NCBI GenBank assembly: GCA_020536535.1
Contig: JAHLWZ010000905.1
Span: 1 to 52,034, forward strand
DNA: 52,034 nucleotides
Origin: Pelomyxa schiedti
Taxonomy: Eukaryota > Protista > Evosea
Reading direction: 5' to 3'
Under the pieces are notes generated by a model, which saw only the letters and a list, made by a program, of their open reading frames with translations, was not told the origin of the DNA and did not search any database. A program made the translations under genes and the position numbers. Each line of letters opens with the position of its first letter. The first letter of the stretch is position 1. Below, one piece after another: positions 28,940 through 42,061 of this stretch.

Positions 28940-30232
28940 ATGTCGGCGTCTGTCGGTGGCGCCCAACAACCCCCGACCAAGCACGTTGCGTGGGCACGAG
29001 AACAATTCGTCGCGCTTGGGCTGAGCCACCACGCGCGGTGCGGGCGCCTCAGCCCCGCCCGCGTGCTGCCGCCCCCAGTCCTCGCCGACGCAATTGGCCA
29101 GCAGTGGGTCATGTCGGTAGCCAGGACTCTGGTGGTCGGCGCGCAGAGGAGGCGGCCGGTGTACTGGGGCGACGTCCGCGAGGGGGGGATGCTGCCGCCC
29201 GGGCACCACCGCTGCGGCGACGCGGGGGAGGCGGGGTCGCAGCCCGGCAGCGCGATGTATCTCGTCGGGGTGTCCTGCACACTCGGCGTGGTGCTGGTGA
29301 GGCCAAAGTTCACGAGCGAAGACGACGACGGAGACGGCGACTACGGCGGCGCCAGATGCGCCGTGCTTGGAGTTGCAGGGATTTTGGGGAGGGGGGAGGA
29401 GGAAGACTGCGTGGTGAGGGCGTGGATCGACGGCCGCGTGGACGTGTGCGACTGGGAACATTTCGACGCCTGTGGCACCGCAAGTACAGTTTTTCCTGTG
29501 GTTTATGGCCCGGCGCAAATTCCCGACGACTGGCTCTTCAGGAAAAACGGGAAGTGGGCCGTTTTGCAGAACGACTGCAAGCGCGATTTCGCAATGTGGC
29601 CTACGATGTCGGACTGGACAAAAAAGGAAACAATTGACAGTGTTGTGAAGGTTGGGTGGAGTGGTGAGCGTGCAATGTTGTGGATTGACTTGCTTGAGGG
29701 AGATGAAGCGGTGGTGTCTATGCTGCCCCATAATTCCAGCAAGGAAGAGCTGTGGCTTGTCGATTTGGGTGTGAGCTACAAAGAATCACAAATATCCGTG
29801 AAGCAAACATTCCCTGGCTATGTCAGAACTCGAACAAACCCGTTTGCTTTGCACTCAAGAAAACATGTGCTGATTGCATCCATAATGCGCTGGGTAGGAA
29901 ACCATGGCAATATCATTGAGCTAAAGAACTTAAAAACGCGGAAACTGCTGCGTAGCGGAGATTACCACGTCGAAAAGGTTGATCCAAGGCATTTCTTGGA
30001 GTGGGACACCAAGACGGAAGCATTCAGCTTGTTTTCCACTGAGAACTTTGAGAGACCTTGCAGGGTCTACATCAACCCCACAAAAAAATACTGCTGTGTA
30101 AACGGATTCCTCGTCTTTCTTGAAGATACACACTTGGACCTTGTTGACGCCGTTTCAGGCACGTGGCTTATGCGCCAGCCACTTGGGGCCCCCTCTCGTT
30201 ATGAAGCCATGGAGCTGTTGTTGTGCCACTAA
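28940..30232 (+). CDS. intronless hypothetical protein of a probable lineage-expanded family (N-terminal WAREQFVAL..HARCG..SPARVL motif)
   Basis: 430-aa single ORF with GC-rich 5' half. A fragment of the same N-terminal motif recurs at ~20861. Confidence 0.75.
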   Translation: MSASVGGAQQPPTKHVAWAREQFVALGLSHHARCGRLSPARVLPPPVLADAIGQQWVMSVARTLVVGAQRRRPVYWGDVREGGMLPPGHHRCGDAGEAGSQPGSAMYLVGVSCTLGVVLVRPKFTSEDDDGDGDYGGARCAVLGVAGILGRGEEEDCVVRAWIDGRVDVCDWEHFDACGTASTVFPVVYGPAQIPDDWLFRKNGKWAVLQNDCKRDFAMWPTMSDWTKKETIDSVVKVGWSGERAMLWIDLLEGDEAVVSMLPHNSSKEELWLVDLGVSYKESQISVKQTFPGYVRTRTNPFALHSRKHVLIASIMRWVGNHGNIIELKNLKTRKLLRSGDYHVEKVDPRHFLEWDTKTEAFSLFSTENFERPCRVYINPTKKYCCVNGFLVFLEDTHLDLVDAVSGTWLMRQPLGAPSRYEAMELLLCH

Positions 30233-30384
30233 TACCGCAACCATCCTCTTTCCCACGATGCTAGAATCACATTGACAGAGGCTAAAATAGAAAAACAAAA
30301 AACCTCCTCTATTTAAGAATGGGAAAGTTTTTCATGAGGATCAGAAGAGTAGACGTCTCCCAAATTAATGATCACCAGAGGGCC

Positions 30385-33294
30385 TCAGTATATTCTGGCA
30401 GGCCTGAGGTGTACCCAACGATGTTGAATTATTTCGTCAAGGCTTGCTCTCTTGTCAGGATCCGGCTGAAGCATGGCCCTGATGAGCTGCTGGGCATCCG
30501 TACTAAAGTGTTCTACCGGGAAATGCACGTTCGAAAGTAATCTTACTTTGAGTAGTTCAGTGGCCAGCTTTCTCACAATCATCTCTGGTAACCTGGATTG
30601 CTTAACCATAGCTTCAAGTGTAATTCCGTCGATGCTGTGAGGATATAAGTATATAAGGCTACTGTGGGAAGTTTACTCACAATGACATCACAATATAAAC
30701 ATGTGATAGAGTTACGGATAGCATCAAAAATGTTGGTATGTTATCATGGCACATGCTGCATGCTCTATAAAGTTTTCCAAATCCACCTCTTTGTAGGAAA
30801 AGAAAGGGTTAGAAAGCACCGCTTTTGAATGGGGAAAAAAACTTCAGACTGACCTAGAAAAGGCTTTACCAAAACTCAATGTAGTCCCTTCATTCTCACT
30901 GGTTATTTCAAGAGGGGTCTTGGGTTGTTCTCTGATATTGTCAAATAGCATGCCTTCACATACTGAGAAGCCTATAAAAAACAGGAAGCGCACAAACATA
31001 AATCTCCCATCTCCCTGTGCCCCTCCATATCTCCCACTGTATTGTGTAATTGGAGGATGATACTATCTGATTGACGTGGCAGCTCTGTGGAAAATTCACT
31101 ACCAGTGCTGGAACACAAAGCCCTGGATCGAGTACAGTAATTCTGTGGTGTGCAATGGAACAGGTAACCTCTTGCTGCCCTTGCAACCTGAATGTTACGG
31201 GGTGGCCTTGTATCCTTCACATTTTCTGGGCCCTTCCAATGTTCTGCAATGGAAACTGGACTTTGCCCCCAACTACGGATATCCCACAACGTGTAATGCT
31301 GCTATGATGAAATACAAATTTGGAACTGGTCGCCGGGTGTCTGATCCCCTGATCTGACTTTGTCTTTGATTGCAGGTTCGCATCTTCTAGTTTTGTGTAC
31401 GCCGGCGGCTACGGCCCCAACAGAGTCATTTGGCTTGATTTCAGTATCAATGCACGGTTTCAACTTCGCAGGGGCAGATTTCAGCTCAAACTTTGTTTTG
31501 AATAAGAAAAGAGAAGGAGAAGAGAGGATAACCTACCTTCTCCATAATATCCCTAAGGCCTCCTTTCCTGATTGCAGCGTGCAGTCCTTCCAGAGTTTCT
31601 TGCCCAAGAATATCAAAAAGAGTTTTTGTATCCACTCTTAACAAGAAATTCTGGGAGAAAGTGAGGAGGCAAAGGGTGCAGGAAGCCAAGTGATTGTTGT
31701 GTTGGTTTGAGGGTTGGTTTTGTTTTTATTGTTGTGTATTTTTGTGAACAAGTTGTTTGGTCTGTTGGAATAATCACTTACGAGATGTATATATTTCCCT
31801 TGTGGTCTCTCCTCTGATTTATTATTATCAGGTTGACGGGTGTTACTCCGTTCCATGGATTGAGTGATTCTGCGGTTCTCGATATGTTCGGTAATTGCTC
31901 CTAATTCAAGGGTGCACCTGCTGACATTGGCCATCTTCATCTTTTTTTTTTTCTTTTCCCCAGGTCGAAATGAGATACGATTTCAACCTGCTCCCCACTC
32001 TGAGCACACACTGGCCCAAGTGAATTCTACTGAGCAATTTGAATTCAATAAACCGGAAGGAAACTCCTATTTCCATATTTTTCTTTTGCTGGGTGGGTTT
32101 CCTCAAGTCGGAGTGGTTTCCACGCCACTCCATTTATTTGGGTCTTCTCTGGAAGTTAAGGATAAACAGATTCCTTCCAGGTGTAGCCCATGGAGCACTT
32201 CTCCTGCCATTGAGAGAGATTGTTTGATGTTGTCCGAAGAGAAAGGAAATGAGAGCCAGTATTGTGCAGTGATGTGAATTCCAGGTAGCGGCTTCGCTTC
32301 TTCAAAGTGAAATCAATTGTATGTTGCTCGATATATGTCTTGTATTTGTCTCCAGTGTACTCAGCTTCAGCCTCGGCGAATGCATCCAATAGAATTTTTT
32401 TCACCAATTCCTCCCATTCATGGGCTTGTTGCTTAATCTGGGACTCCCAACGTGCTCCTTCCATCTTCTTAGTAGATCCACAGTGAAGGGTATGTCAAAA
32501 AAAAAAGCCATACCTTCCTCTGTGCAAGTTGTGGTGGTTCCCGGCTGGATGTGGTACCTTATTGGAAATGGCATTGTCGAACGAAGCTTGATCATAATGG
32601 TTTTTTACGAGTTGGTACATTGCATCACGAAGATAGCTTTTTGTTTTGTGTTAGAAAAGAGAAGGGCAGGGGAATAAAAAATTATTTACTAGTGTGTACC
32701 GAGAACATCGCTTTCCATGACCGTCAAAGATGGCGTTGAACACCATCATGCTTGGAGACCCTTCCTCCCCAATGGCTTCTCCACACACCAGGGTGTCCTC
32801 CTGAAGAGCCTTACTGAATCTGTCTGCACAAGCAGAACAGCCACCTGATAGAACATGAGATTTCCCGCCGTGCATGGCATATCTTGGGCTGTAATGTAAT
32901 TCTGGTGAACGATCTTCAGGCTGAGGCTCCAATGCACAAGTTGATCGAGGTGGGGAAAAGGGAAAAGGTGATCTTGGCTCCTTGTTGACACTGTCACAGA
33001 AACATGATGGGAACCGCGCAGGATCTATGTCTTCATTTTCATCTGGCGTCGGGACCCTCTCCACATCGCTACCCCTTTCAGCTGAATCGGCCCCCTTCAG
33101 TGCCACACCTCCCTCCTCAGCCTCCTCATTGGAAGCGGTTCTGGCTGGGGGAAAACGTCATTGTGGGTTGGACTTGGTCTGCCGACTTCGGGGCGTCTGG
33201 TGCGGTCGTCGTAGTGGTAGTCGTGGGAGGCTGAGGGGAGCTTGTGGGATCTCGGTCTCTTCTCCGGTTGCTGTGGATGACTGCTTGGGTCCAT
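30385..33294 (-). CDS. hypothetical multi-exon protein ending in a truncated kinase-like C-lobe
   Basis: MDPSSHP start at 33294 joins ORF 32651-33106 through a 29-nt GT-AG intron. C-terminus FSTDAQQLIRAMLQPDPDKRASLDEIIQHRWV resembles kinase subdomain XI. Could be two genes. Confidence 0.5.
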
Positions 33295-33460
33295 CGTCTC
33301 AGAAGGTTTTTTGAAAACTTTCTACTTTTTTTGGATCAACTTTTCTTCAGAGGACTAGGGTTGGGGTACCTCGATTATGGGAGGAGCACGGAGGCTAACG
33401 CTTCATTCCAACAAACAATACACTTCACATCAATTTTTTTTTTCTTGTTGTTTGGGTGAA

Positions 33461-36400
33461 TTAGGAACGGGACGAGGCTCTGGTGGAAAGCCACTTTAGC
33501 AAATTTGCCACACCTTTCATTTTTTTATCCTTTATGAACAGTGAAGTATCTCGGATTCTTTTGAGATTCAAAGTTAACCAAAATGATTGCTCCATGGGAT
33601 ATAAACCTGGACAAAACAGAGGAAAGTTTTCCATAGTCTGTGAGAAGGAAGTAGCGGCTTTCTCTCACCTTCGTATCCATGAACTGTTTTGTGGTGAGAA
33701 CTGAATAATAAAAGTGTATTTTACCTCTTCCACGTTTGGGGAGAGTATCAAGTCTAACATCTGAAGTTATGGTTAGACTACTACAGGTCTGTTGCTACAG
33801 TTCAAACGGAATTTTACCTGGCGGAGCTCAGCGAAGAATTTTGTACGGTCTGGGGCCACCCATCCCTGTGGTGGATGTAATGGGAAATCACAGACCATCT
33901 GTTCGACATGAATCACATCCACACTAAAGGCCTGAATTGATGGAAATGTATACTTCCCGATAGTTTTATTACAAAGCATATCCTGTGTCTTTTGTTAAAA
34001 GACTTTCCACTCAAAGGGGCTTTTCCACACCATCATTTTATTTGCAATTGCCTTGAAAAGTCTATTCAGAACATCAATAACGAGAAGTGGTGGGAGATCC
34101 TTAATCGCAGTATTTACGGATAGCATGCACATGTGAAGGTCTGCAGTTTTATGAAGTTGTAAGATTCTTACAAATCAGTTGGGATGTTACTATTCACAAA
34201 AGGATGGGGTTCAGATTTCGTTAAAGAAGCTAAAGTCCTTTGGTGTGAAGTTTAAAAATCAAAGTATGTGTGGAGGGTATTACCAATTGTAATCCGGGGC
34301 AAAGGATACAAAGAGATTACTAACGGTATTTTCATTTATATCCGACATCCGAATGATACACTCGGTTGCCGTTTTCTTTAATAATTGGTTTTCATCTACT
34401 GTCGGTATCCAGCCCATCTCACTGAAGGGGGAGGAGAAAGTGTCAAATGAGAGAAGGGGGGAACAGTGGTAGGGCTACCTTTTATCACCAAACATATTCC
34501 CAACAAGTGGGCCACAATTCTTGAGGTACTGGATATCGATTGTGAGCTGCACTGCTCCCGGCAGGTTGTTCTCCCGGACCAGTGAGCTCATGAATAATTG
34601 TATTTGCAGACAGCATGATTCAATTGCTTTATCAACAGCCTTAAGTGGTTGATGAGGTAATGAGAACGGTTTAATGGTATACATGAGCAAGGAGATTATC
34701 CATTTCAGATAAATTCTGAGAGTACTTGAAACAGTCATCAAGGAAACTCTTCATCAGGTTGAAGAAGTTCATGACCAGATTGGAATAGGGGGCTTGGGTA
34801 TTTGGCCTAAATCCACGTTAAAACCAATTTTCGGAAAATGAGAAGCAAAAAACTTGAATTCTGTATCTAGCTCCGTGAGCATCTCGAGCTCCCAGAGTGA
34901 AGGACTTGCTGGATATGTAAATCGTTTCCAGGTTTCTGTAGACAGAAGCTGAATGGAAGTTTGTGAGGAAAAAAAGAATTAAAATGAAGGCACTTTATAA
35001 AACTGAGTTCCACATTCATCGCATAGTAGATCACAGTACGAAGTTGCTATTTTCTCCAGGAATTCAAAAATTTGTCCCATATCATACCCATAGGCCCGCA
35101 TGGTGAAGGAAAAGAGAATTACCATATCTTTCACCTAGAAAACGACACAACAAAGTAAAAAGTGCAGCCAGAGCAATCATTCAAAATTGTGAAACCTCCA
35201 TAAAAACTTGACTTGACTGGCTGGATGAAACGAGCTCGTAAAGGGCAACTTTAATTTGTGCAAGGCTTAGTCGCCAGTCTTGCTCTATCTGAGACAATAT
35301 ATTAATATGACATGGAACCTGGGAGTACATACCATCACCGGTGATAAAAGATTTGTTGTCGTGTGAACAATGGCTTGATCTACAATAAAGTAGCCCGCAA
35401 TTGTGTGTAAGTACTGTTTTCGGGCTTCCAGATCACTGAGAGGTTTTGTGACCTTGTTTTGGGGCAGTCTTTAACTCAACAATGTATGAAGACTTACAGT
35501 AAACAGTTTCTCATGATGTGCCTATAGCACGACAGGATAAGAACACTCCAAAAAAGGAAATACATGTGCACCTTTCTGTTCTGCAAGAATTCTGCTACGA
35601 AGTCTTGCAGGCAATTCATATTCGTATATACATACAAACACTGGTAGAGTGGTGCAAAGTCTAACTTGACAGCATCAAATACACCCTCTGATGAAGTTGA
35701 AACTGTGCCAAGAAGAGTAATTAGTACCTTGAGGATTGGATTTTCCTTGTGTTCCAGGATCATTCATGAATGGATTAGCTGGTCTAGGTTTGGCTTCATG
35801 GCTTGAATGGCCAAGGGGTGAAGGTCCACCCCCACCACCTGTTGCAGTCAAAACTGCATGGGATTTTCTTCGTGTGCTGACACCCAACCGTGCAGATGAT
35901 GAACTCATTCCAGAGTTTCGGAGCAGTTCACCACAGCCATCTTGTATTGGGGCGCAATCAAGTGCTCCTTGTAATTGGTCCCTGAGGGGAATTAATAATG
36001 ATCACGTTCTAAAGTTCAAACCGGAAGAGTGCTGCCTCCTGTTGTTGTCTTTTGAGCAATTCTGTTTGTTTGTGTAGCATTGCAGACTTTTGCCCAATTG
36101 CAAAAGATCCTATTTGGTAGGAATGATTCCATATGCTTGTGGTAGCAAATAATGAGAGATCACAATAAATCAATAAGAAAAGCTACTTGGTGAGCCATAC
36201 ACGGTATTCTGAGAGCAGAGAAGATTTTATTTGGGCTTCAATGGCGGGAATTTGTGTTCGCTCTGAACGATAAAACTTATTAGCTTAAAAAGGTGTAAGG
36301 AATGACAGACCAAACTCTTGTGCGAATGTATACTTAGACAATTGTGGAAGGAAGACAGTCTTTATACGTTCCAAAACCTTGAAACATTTTTCTCGATTAA

Positions 36401-37100
36401 TGAAAAATCAAAATCAAATTGTACCTTCTGGGCTCTGTAGAAGTTCTTATCTTCAATGTGTTTATTAAGGCTTTGTATAAGTGTAACCATTTGTAAACAC
36501 TGAAGGATGTCAGGTGGATTGGTTGGGATGACCTTCTCACCTGTTGCATAATTTCCCGAGTTTCAGCCATATTTAATTGCATACGACGCGCATTGAGAAG
36601 CTGTTCTGACTACATGTATTTGAATTGTAAAGAGAAAATACATGTTGCAAGAATATACAGATGACAAAATGGTCTTCCCCTCCTGCTGAAGTGTTGTATT
36701 GAACTCACTCATTCCAGCCTTGAGCACAACTAACTCCTTCTGCACTTGAAGAAGAGCCTCCACACTTTTTATGAAGTCCTTTGCAAGTGTTGGCAAATGT
36801 CCATAACATAAATAGAAACAAGCCAAGGTAGGCAGTAGTAGTAACAGAAATGCCACGAGGAAGGAACAAACCTGATAATGGAACCCGCACTGATCTTGAA
36901 TCTCAGCATACTTTGCAGACACAACCTTCTTCAAGTTTGCGATTGCCGAGTTCTCTTTGTGCTCTGCAGTTGTGCTTTAATGAGTAGTTTGTTTTTTCAA
37001 GCAAAAACGCTTGACAAGGCAGGGGAATTAAAGTGCCTTGTATGATGGGCCTCAAAGGGTGCGCTAAGTTCTCCGCCTCCAATATCGGCCCAACGTCCAT
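33461..37100 (-). CDS. SEC15: exocyst subunit Sec15 (EXOC6); many introns
   Basis: LAHPLRPI, KYAEIQDQCGFHYQ-DFIKSVEALLQVQ, LDFAPLYQCLYVY..FLQNRK, IAGYFIV; TAA at 33461-33463. Confidence 0.85.
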
Positions 37101-37328
37101 TCTTGAAAGAAATCAAATGAGATTTTTCGTCATTGATTGATGAGGCTCCAATTCCTCAGGTTTTGGACACCTCTCTCGTTCAGCAAACAAATGCACAACA
37201 AAATGGGCTGAGATTAGGGCCCAACATCATTCCTGCTGCCAAGCCCTTGCCACACACATGAGTGATTCCCTGGAAAAGCCACTCGAATTTCATCGGGATG
37301 TAATTCAGATGCATATCTCATCATCACC

Positions 37329-39212
37329 ATGTCCCTCCAACCGAAAGAAGAAAAAAATTCAGCAAAACAGCAAAGAAAACAAAACCAAGTCACACCACAG
37401 GCCGGAAACCAACCATGGACTTCCTCACAAGAGAGCACAAAGAACTCCTCAGACTTCAAACAGCGCCTTCTTGTACAACTCCCCTTACCCACCCTTCGCG
37501 CCCTAATTCCTCGCGGCCGCTAACCCCATCCCCGTTTCATTGTTGCCGCCCAACGTGCAGGTGTGCCGCAAAGACCCCTCGGTGCTGCACAACCCCGAGA
37601 TTGCGTTCTTCAAGGACTACCTCGAGTCGCTCGGCGCTCGCGTCCCGCCGGCGCCCGAGGCGCCCCCCAAGGCCAAGACCGCGGCGTCGCCCCACCGCGA
37701 GGACGTGCCCATGCCGGAGCCAACCGCGGCGCCCAAGAGAACCGCGGAGCCTGCTCCCCCTCCTGCTGAGCCTGAGGAGAAATTCGAGGAGGAAGAAGGT
37801 GTATTTCAATTCATTTCCAATGTTTTCTAACTTCACAATTTAATTTAATTTAATTTAATTCAATACAATTCAATTGAATCCAAAGAATCTATGTTCTGTT
37901 CTGTGGTGCTGTGCATTGGAGTGCGATTAAATTTATAATAATTGTTTTTCCTCTTTGTTTGTGCTTTGTGCTCTAATTGTGTTTTATTTACTGTTTGGGT
38001 GTGTACTTTACTTAACCACTCCTTTTTACAGACACAGAATTGATACCAGAGGATAATGACCCTGATCTCCCTATTCCAGACGAGAATGCTGAAGTGTGTC
38101 GATGTAGAATTGTTTTCCTCCTAACAATGAAAAGGTGTCTGAGGATCAAATGGCTCAAGCAAACGACATTAAGATGCAAGCCATGGATGCACAGAATATG
38201 GGAGACGATGAGCGTATGCACCACTTGTTCTCATACCCTCAAGTCTAAACAATACAGGTGCCGTCCAACTTTTCACTGAGGCACTCAAGTGCAATCCGCG
38301 CTCCAGCATTCTGTACGCATGCCGCGCCAACTGCCTCATGAGAATGAAGAAGCCTCGTGCTGCTATTCGAGACTGTGATGTTGCTATCAAAATAAATCCG
38401 GATGGTGGCAAGGCCTACAAAGTCCGTGGAAAAGCACACAGGCATCTGGGGCACTATGAGAAGGCCAGAAGTGATCTTCAAACAGGCAACAAATTGGATT
38501 GGGATGAAAATGCCTACCAACTGCAGAAGTGGGTCGAGACTCGCTTGAAGGCTCGTGAAGATTTTGACAGGAAAATCAAAGAAAAGCAACGCGCGAAGAT
38601 GGAGCAGGAGAGAGCAGAAAAACAAAAAGCTGAACGACAAAAAGCTGAGCAAGCTGAGCAAGCCAGACAAAGAGGTTAACCTCCAATCTCGGTAGGTCTT
38701 TAAACTCAACTCTTCCAGAAATGCCTAAGGGAGGAATGCCCGGTATGGGAGGAATGGGAGGAATGCCCGGTATGGGTGGGATGCCTGGAATGGGAGGAAT
38801 GCCAGGGATGGGCGGAATGGGTGGAATGCCTGGTATGGGAGGAATGGGAGGGATGCCCGATTTTGGAGGAATGGGTGGAATGCCCGGTATGGGAGGGATG
38901 CCCGGTATGGGTGGAATGCCTGGAATGGGAGGGATGCCCGGAATGGGTGGGATGCCCGGTATGGGTGGAATGGGAGGATTTGATCCAGCAACTATTCAGA
39001 AGATTCTTGCCGATCCAGAGCTTGCCGCTGCAATGAAGGATCCGGCACTTATGGCCAAGCTTACTTCCGTTATGTCAGGTTTGTTTTGCTCTATCGAATG
39101 CAAGTTTTCAACTCACCACCTCATTCCAGACCCAAACAAAATGGCTGAGTATGCCAATGACCCGAAGATAAAAAGTTTCATGGCTCGCCTCCAGAGTGTA
39201 ATGAAGCACTGA
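37329..39212 (+). CDS. ST13: Hsc70-interacting protein Hip/ST13 (dimerisation domain, TPR, GGMP repeats, STI1); start codon uncertain (37329 or 37415)
   Basis: VCRKDPSVLHNPEIAFFKDYLESLGARVP; TPR RANCLMRMKKPRAAIRDCDVAIKINPD..AYKVRGKAHR; GGMPGM repeats; DPELAAAMKDP..YANDPKI. Confidence 0.92.
38730..38978 (+). repeat. coding tandem repeat (GGMPGM/GGM)n in Hip
   Basis: Repeated ggaggaatgcccggtatg-like units; translation GGMPGMGGMGGMPGM... Confidence 0.9.
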
Positions 39213-39307
39213 GGGTTGATTATTTTCCTTGTGTGTTGGGAATCAATAAAGAAAACGAGTTTTTTTTAACACAACAATACTTTCTCTTTCGGAAGTAAGT
39301 TTTCTTT

Positions 39308-41809
39308 TTACAAAGTTCGTCTCTTCTCCTTGAAAGAAGTCATTCTCTCCAAGAAGTTGTCATATTCAGCCTTCAGTGCGCAGAAGCAGGGACTATCTGC
39401 CGCAAGTTGATCTGTTGTGTTGCTTGTGTAGATGTTAATGTGCTCTACGGCCTCGTCATTAAGATCAACGCAGACCGATAAGGCTAGTTATTGTTAGCAA
39501 TTTGGGTAGTTGGAGGTGGACGTACTGTTTGATTCGGTGGTGATGCTTATAACTGATTGAAAGTATGCTAAGGCCGTAACTTTGTAATGGTCTCTGTGGA
39601 TTTCTGTTAGAAACAAAGTTGGAGGTGAATAGTGCCAGGTACCCAAAATTTTTTGCTATCAAAAAACAATCCGTGAATATAAATAAAGTTCTTGAGGCAA
39701 GAGCGTTGTGTGTATCAATCTGAAATACTTCCCCTTCCCAAACATATTGTCGACTTGGCTCGTTGACAAGTTGTTTCTGTTGTTAGGGTAAAGAAATCTG
39801 TAACAAAATAGGAATAGCTTACAGTAAGGGACCCAGTAAATTGAAGCTGTAATTTGTACAGTTTTTCTAAGTTTTCTGCATGCTGCTTTCTTGTATTTAA
39901 ATGCTGGGCTACAGTTTCCACCTGGAGATTGGGGAAAAAGGGTAGTACACATTCGCAGTGCCCGAAAAAACTGAATAGGACACGAAAGGCGGAATGACAA
40001 AAACACAACCAACTCAATGCATACCACACAAGGCAACCTTGTGGAGTGCTTCTACTAGTTTTGCCAGGTCTTTGTCAGTAGGGGGTGTCAATTTCAAAAG
40101 CTCCTGAAATCTTTTCAGCGGGAATTTCTGAGGGTTGAGTAGAATACCTTAAGAAGAAGAACGTATCTCTTGCAGGAACAGTGAAAATAAAGATTGAAGA
40201 AAACTACATACTGGAATTCGCTGAATGGGCATAATTAACAAAGAGGCAATGTGTACATTTGACTCTGGTTTACTCATCTTGGCCCTTTCAAATGCCTCCT
40301 AGAACGTATGCCTGGTTAGCGAAAAAAGGAGGAAAAGGAACGCACCTGCATGAAGGCAATAAACTGTTCATTTGATTTTTCTTGCTCGCGCAGTGCGGCA
40401 AGTGCTGTTGGGTAATTATTCACATATGTAATATACGACTTGAAAAAGTCGGCCTAATAGGAGCCTCACTGATTATGGAACATGTAATTCAGGATACCAA
40501 TTTTAGGAAAATCCCACACAGTGTAGATGTCTCGCGACCACTCGAATCCCATTGATTAAGATTCTCTAAAAGAACTTTGTGGTATGCCAGGATTATGCAC
40601 GCATTCCCAAAGATGGTATTAATTGATGCCTAAAGGACGAATGAAAAGGGGCACATATTACTCAAGTGTATCAGGTTTGCGGACCTGTGTTATTAAGGTT
40701 GTGTCAGGGTCCTGTGCTAGTGCTGTAAGCGGCTCAAAGTAAAACTGTGGAATTAGCTCAAGAGAAGACAACAGACACTTCTAACCTCATTCAGTACACT
40801 GAGGTACTCAACATATTTGTGCTCACTCACTAAAAGTTCGTCTAGAACATGTTCTCTTTGAGCTGCATGGTGTAAGATACATTTACCAAGGCGTTCCTAC
40901 CATCCTGGTGTTTCCCAGATTGGGGCGAATCTGAAAATAGTTTGGTGGATTCGTGTTCAGGTGACCCGTCATTCGCTTTTTTCTGCTCTACAGCACTTTC
41001 AAGAAAGCAACTAGGTTCACTTGCAGCACTTTCTTCACCATTGCTTTTGGTAAGACGTATTATACTGTTGCAGGAAGAACTAGCTGACACGCCTTTCAAG
41101 AATCATTAAAATATTAACGAATGAGAAAGCGTACTTGATGCTCTCACAGGAGGGCAGCGGACATCAAACAGGCCCTCTAGGTAAGTGAATACCTGCAGCC
41201 TCTAAGCAGGGAGGGCTTAAAAGAAGGAAAGAACTAACTTTGTGAATAGGCTCTAATAGCCGGTTTTTATAGCAAACCCATAGCCATGTTAATGGTAGGA
41301 CAACCTTGCAGAATTGAGAGGGGAAAAAAAAAAGGATATAGGACACTGAAGCTTGAAGCTAGACCCACCACTGTGACAAGGAATCCAAGAGCAAGAGTAA
41401 TTGAAATGCACAAACAGCCTACACCAGCGCCAAAAACATACCAACCGCCGCCCCAAGCCCACCACAACCAACCGCTCCCATAACTGCCAACCGCCGCACC
41501 AACTGCCGTCGAAGAGGCCGATGCATAGGAACCAAAATCGTCGTCGTCCATGTCATTTTGGTCAATCACGCTGTTGCGGTGGTAGTACTGGCATGTGCCG
41601 TCGCTAGAAATGACGTCATCGCCGTAGCAACTGCGCGTGTTGGCGCCGCCGATGCAGTTGCAGCGAGCAACAAAACGGATGGCCACGATGAGCGCGACCT
41701 GAGCAGTGAGGATGAGCACACCCATAAGTCCCCACCACCGCGCCGAGCCCCCTGCAAATACAGACGACGAAGCCGGGGAGATCCCGCCTTGGTGCTCTGG
41801 TTGCTGCAT
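39308..41809 (-). CDS. RhoGEF (DH domain followed by possible PH-like region) with N-terminal transmembrane segments; spliced
   Basis: Hydrophobic segments WWGLMGVLILTAQVALIVAI and YVFGAGVGCLCISITLALGFLVTVVGL. DH motifs QREHVLDELLVSEHKYVEYL, TIFGN, FFKSYITYVNNY, SLLIMPIQRIP..Y.LLL, ELLKLTP. TAA at 39308-39310. Confidence 0.8.
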
Positions 41810-42061
41810 TGGTGCAGCCCAACACCGGTTTTGGTTTTATAATTTGCGTTTGTTCGTTGAACACTGGAATCTCAGACTCCTGCCTCTAAGTCCTCATCAT
41901 TTCGTTTGACAGGTTGACACGCAGGGGTTTTACTGTTCAGGAGCAACACAGTGGCCGTAGAACGAAGATCTCATTATTCATATAAAAATAAACATCAAGT
42001 ATCAGAGATGAGCTCCCACGGGGTTTGTGTTGTTTATCACACTAGTTGTTTTTGACTGAGG

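Noticed and set aside
37838-37880. (AATTT)n pentamer run; also (TGTGG)n at ~46705-46742
   Set aside because: Simple intronic or intergenic microsatellites; no spacers, so not CRISPR-like.
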